Below are positions 59,988 to 64,000 of a stretch of 64,000 nucleotides of DNA, piece by piece (position 1 is the stretch's first letter; each line of letters starts with the position of its first letter). A program made the translations under genes and the position numbers. The stretch is from assembly GCF_009914755.1 (NCBI RefSeq), contig NC_060941.1; one strand, written 5' to 3'. The notes beneath the pieces are model-generated. The model was not told where the DNA came from, made no database searches, and saw only the letters and a list, made by a program, of their open reading frames with translations. Source of the DNA: the human T2T-CHM13v2.0 reference genome, Homo sapiens.

Positions 59988-60250
59988 AGAAGAAGGAAGA
60001 AGAGGAGGTGAGAAAGAGGAGTAAGAGAAGGGACAGAAGATGAGTGGAGGACAAAAGAAAGAAAGAGAGAGAGAGAAAGAGAAAAAGAAGGAAGGAAGGG
60101 AGAGAGAGAGAGAGAGAGAGAAAGAAAGAAAGAGAGAAAGAAAGAAAGAAGAAAGAAAGAAAGAGAAAGAAAGAAAGAAGAAGAAAGGAAGGAAGAAAGG
60201 AAGGAAGAGGAAGGAGAGAGAAGAAGGAAATGAAAAGAAAGGAGAGGAAG
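59988..60250. repeat. Polypurine (GA/GAAA/GGAA) low-complexity tract
   Basis: ~260 bp almost exclusively A/G on the + strand. Confidence 0.92.
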
Positions 60251-60528
60251 TGAGATGTAAAATGAAGGCCAATGAAATAAGCTACACTTACTGCTGCTAT
60301 AGTACAGTGCACCTGAGATTCACAGTCTCCGTTTATTACCACCAGTTCTATTCTCCCTTCACCGCTGGCCAGCACTCTTCTTGGTCTGGATAACTGCCTG
60401 ATAACTGCCTTGATAACTTCCTTCCTAAATTGTCTGAGCCTCTAGTTACTATACCACTGTCCACTGTGATTGCTGTTCTTACCGATTTGTAGTTATCACT
60501 GGACATGGACACACTATGAGATTCTCCA

Positions 60529-60886
60529 GTGTTATGGGTTAATTTGTGTCCCCCAAAACTCATATTCAAATAGAATCATTTAAAGTGTTATGTGATAAGG
60601 CAAGGTCATATTGGAAACAATTAGGCCTCTGATTAAATATGACTGATGTCTATATAAAAGGGGGAAATTCAGAGACAGCATGCATATAACAGAAAAATTA
60701 TATCAAACACACATGGAAATGATAGACATCAACAAGTCAAGGAGAGAGACCTGGAACATGTACTTCCCTCACAGGCTTCAGATGAAAACAACATTGCCAA
60801 AACCTTAATTTCTGAACTGTGAAAAGATAAATTTAAGCCACTTGGTTTACAGTAATTTATTATGGCAGTGCTGGTAAGTTAATACA
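60529..60886 (+). mobile_element. MaLR LTR (MLT1A/B-like)
   Basis: tgttatgggttaatttgtgtcccccaaaactcatatt ... tttaagccacttggtttacagtaatttattatggcagtgctggtaagttaataca. Confidence 0.7.
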
Positions 60887-61403
60887 CTTACTAAGTATCC
60901 TGAGCTATAGATATATTCTGCTACACTATATGGCTTAAAGATAATTACCCCTCACCAAATAGTAACTCCTTTCTCTGTCTGCTGCTCTGCTGACGGGAAG
61001 AGTCCAAAATGACTAGGCGATAACGATTCCTTTTGATTATAACAAAGAAACAGAGAAGCAAATACTATAATTTTTATTCACATGGAAATTTTAAAAAGCC
61101 AAAGTCATCTACTGGATTATAACTTGATAGAGTGATTAGCTGTTTGGAAATGAGTAAGCGGATATAATTGGGAGAGAATGGCATTAATTTCTATTTCCTA
61201 ACCTGGTAATGGGGACATAGATGTATTTACAATGTAATACTATATCAGGTTGGAAATTAATAATTTGCATTCTTCTCAAGTGAATGATATACCTAGACAA
61301 TGTTTTCAACATGTTAGAACTCCACGATGAATCAGGTGTCATCTCAACTCATCTAATCCCTTCATTGAAAAGAAATAGAAGAAATTACTTCTACTTACTT
61401 CTT

Positions 61404-61549
61404 CTTCTAGTTACTGCTAGTAACTAGGTTTAGGGCTAGAGCCACAGCACATGCTGGTTGGCCTGAATTTCAACGCTTACTTCTAGTTACTGCTAGTAAC
61501 TAGGTTTAGGGCTAGAGCCAGAGCACATGCTGGTTGGCCTGAATCTCAA
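61404..61549. repeat. 76-bp tandem duplication; each unit carries a perfect 9-bp-stem hairpin
   Basis: cttctagttactgctagtaactaggtttagggctagagcca at 61404 and 61480. Confidence 0.92.
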
Positions 61550-62164
61550 GAAGTTACGTGATAGAAAGTCCTCCATTCTCATCCCGGAAATCCCCACACT
61601 CCCAGACAAGTCAGAATGAATGGTCGTCCTAGGGCATACATTGCTTGATGCTGTCTAAATCTCAGCAGATTTCTCTGCATCCACCTGTTCTCGATCTGCT
61701 CTGTCGCATGGAACACACTGTGCAGTCACCGTCTTCCCAAGTGACATTCAAAGAACTGAAAGACACAGATGATGTGGGTGGCACAAAGAGATGCCTGTTA
61801 GTCTTGAGTCAGAATTTGGTGGGTGAATAGTCTTGGGCCCAGGCATGGATTCATTTTGTCACTGTAAATATATCAGCATCATGCTTCTCCCCACAGACAC
61901 TTCCAAGTCTATATACAGCCAAACATGAGGCTGGCCAGAGAGAACTTCCTGAGCCCCCCGGATCAACAGGAACTGTCACATGACCAGATGATGGTCAGAG
62001 CAGGAATGATGCTGATGATGAGACGGGCTTCCTTTTATCTGAAACAAACTTTCTATGAGTAACTCACAATTAAGAAACAGATTAAACCCTTAGTTTAAAA
62101 GGTTCATAAGATTTCAGTAACAACTTCCCCTTTGACAATCCCAAATGGACTGTGGAAAACAATG

Positions 62165-62226
62165 TAAACAGCAACAAGGAAAAGTCCTGCTGATTGGTGG
62201 AAACTTTGGAGGCCAGGTGTATAAAA
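62165..62226 (+). promoter_or_regulatory. KRTAP9-3 core promoter: TAAACAGCAACAAGGAAA element, inverted CCAAT, TATAAAA 62220-62226
   Basis: Direct inspection; nearly identical to KRTAP9-2. Confidence 0.8.
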
Positions 62227-62302
62227 GGTCCAGATTGCAAGGGGTCATCAGATTTTGGGAAACTCACCTCTTAACAGAAGCCCACCCTCCATCCCTGACA
62301 CC

Positions 62303-62782
62303 ATGACCCACTGTTGCTCCCCTTGCTGTCAGCCTACCTGCTGCAGGACCACCTGCTGGCAGCCCACCACTGTGACCACCTGCAGCAGCACACCCTGCTG
62401 CCAGCCCTCCTGCTGTGTTTCCAGCTGCTGCCAGCCTTGCTGCCACCCAACTTGCTGTCAAAACACCTGCTGTAGGACCACCTGCTGCCAGCCCATCTGT
62501 GTGACCAGCTGCTGCCAGCCTTCCTGCTGTAGCACACCCTGCTGCCAGCCCACATGCTGTGGGTCCAGCTGTGGTCAGAGCAGCTCCTGTGCACCTGTGT
62601 ACTGCAGAAGAACCTGCTACCACCCCACAAGTGTTTGTCTGCCTGGTTGCCTAAACCAGAGCTGTGGCTCCAACTGCTGCCAGCCCTGCTGCCGCCCAGC
62701 CTGCTGTGAGACCACCTGCTGCAGGACCACTTGTTTCCAGCCCACCTGTGTGTACAGCTGCTGCCAGCCTTCTTGCTGCTAA
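62303..62782 (+). CDS. KRTAP9-3: Keratin-associated protein 9-3, 159 aa (true ATG at 62303)
   Basis: [26 protein letters not shown]...[11 protein letters not shown]; Kozak GACACCATG; 15 aa shorter than KRTAP9-2 by whole pentapeptide units. Confidence 0.92.
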   Translation: MTHCCSPCCQPTCCRTTCWQPTTVTTCSSTPCCQPSCCVSSCCQPCCHPTCCQNTCCRTTCCQPICVTSCCQPSCCSTPCCQPTCCGSSCGQSSSCAPVYCRRTCYHPTSVCLPGCLNQSCGSNCCQPCCRPACCETTCCRTTCFQPTCVYSCCQPSCC

Positions 62783-63228
62783 TCAACTCCCAAGAGAACT
62801 ACCATCCTCACACAACAACCTTCAGCTCAACTGACTTGTCTTTTGAGGGACTAATTTACTTTGCTGCTGACAGCCACCATGCTCTCACCCAAATTTTTAT
62901 GAATTCTCTACATGTTTAAAATCTTGGGAATCTGCTTGAGGGAGGGCAGAATACTTCATCCTCATTCCCTCTTTCCTTACACCTTGTGGATCATGTGCCA
63001 GCTTCGTCTGTTCTTAATTTGGAGTCATGATCTCAGCTTTGTCTCAAAAATCAAGAGCTTCATTCTTTGCTTCTAAGGAATTTAGGTTTCTGCAACTGAT
63101 CAATCATCTTTGCAATTATATTTTCATTTTAAATATCCTTCTCATGGTTCTTGTATCCTTCTTTCTTCTTTTCACGATAACTTTGGGTTATGTCTCTGGT
63201 AGCAGAGATTCTTACCTATATGTTTCTG

Positions 63229-63234
63229 AATAAA
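63229..63234 (+). terminator. Polyadenylation signal of KRTAP9-3
   Basis: AATAAA at the position paralogous to 57430. Confidence 0.78.
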
Positions 63235-64000
63235 CTCTGAACCATCTTCATCTCATATAGTGTTTTGTTTTATTTGAAAGCATTCCTGATATGGGATTTA
63301 CACACATATCACATACCATAGGTATTATCCAATTTGATTCTCAAAACAGATGGTCGTGTATTATTAACTCCATTTTTTCAGCTGAGAACAATTTAATGTG
63401 TGATGTTATGTAGCTAGTAAAGGGCAGACTCTGGTCAAAGGTGAGGTCCTCTCTTTCTGCCCAAGGACACTTACGTTTAACTCCCAATATAGTAGAAAAG
63501 ACACTGGAAGTCAGCACTAGCAAGACATGTACTTGAGTTTATTTAACAATGAGAGGAATAATCTGACATATTTGCAGATAACACTTTTGTTCACACACAA
63601 AAAAATCCCAAAGTAGTTCCCCACACCTCAGTGAGCAAAGGCTGCATGATATGCATTTAATGGCTGCCCTGAATGCAGAGATCTTTTTGTCTGAGCCTCT
63701 GACCAGCCATTCATTCAATTCATCTGCATCAAAAAATGCTTGAGAATTTATTGTGGACTCAGGAGACGGAGCCTCATCTGAAGAAACTTATTCTCAGTGT
63801 GATGTAAATAAAATTCTTATACAGCATCGGTCTCCTGAATACCAATTGACAAAGTAAATGAAACTAAGTTATTCATTGTAAAATACAGACCATACGTTAT
63901 GCCACGTTAAGACAATTTGTCCCCTACTTGAAGTGTTATGAGTAAAATTATGTAAGAACAAAGCTGGGAATTGAGAAACTATGCAATGGGCATGTAAGAC

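Noticed and set aside
59940-60393. Lys/Glu/Arg-rich and Phe/Ser/Leu-rich ORFs
   Set aside because: Translations of the polypurine simple repeat

Overview
Primate, almost certainly human, genomic DNA from the hair keratin-associated protein (KRTAP) cluster. The gene order matches chr17q21.2 as I recall it. The window spans the orientation switch between the minus-strand KRTAP4 family and the plus-strand KRTAP9 family. It holds five intact single-exon ultra-high-sulfur genes (KRTAP4-2 136 aa, KRTAP4-1 127 aa, KRTAP9-1 259 aa, KRTAP9-2 174 aa, KRTAP9-3 159 aa) and two pseudogenes (probably KRTAP4-17P and KRTAP9-12P). The rest is mostly transposon-derived: a full-length L1PA2/3 with dead ORF1/ORF2 but an intact antisense ORF0, a rearranged near-full-length L1PA7-like element, about 18 Alus including a pristine AluYg6-type copy, an ERVL/LTR16 remnant, and Tigger, MER5 and MLT elements. 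I see no evidence for an entirely new biological system. The most notable less-obvious signals are: (i) a 73-bp, 97%-identical inverted repeat flanking a 534-bp spacer at 27.4-28.0 kb; (ii) a promoter element (AAAYAAYAACMAGGAAA) held 35-37 nt upstream of the TATA box in both KRTAP4 and KRTAP9 genes; (iii) an inverted orphan 70-bp KRTAP9 coding fragment; (iv) an Alu-Alu unequal-crossover duplication inside an L1; (v) a mosaic KRTAP9-1; and (vi) coding repeat-length alleles. Gene symbols, reference protein lengths and repeat subfamily names come from recall and were not checked against databases.
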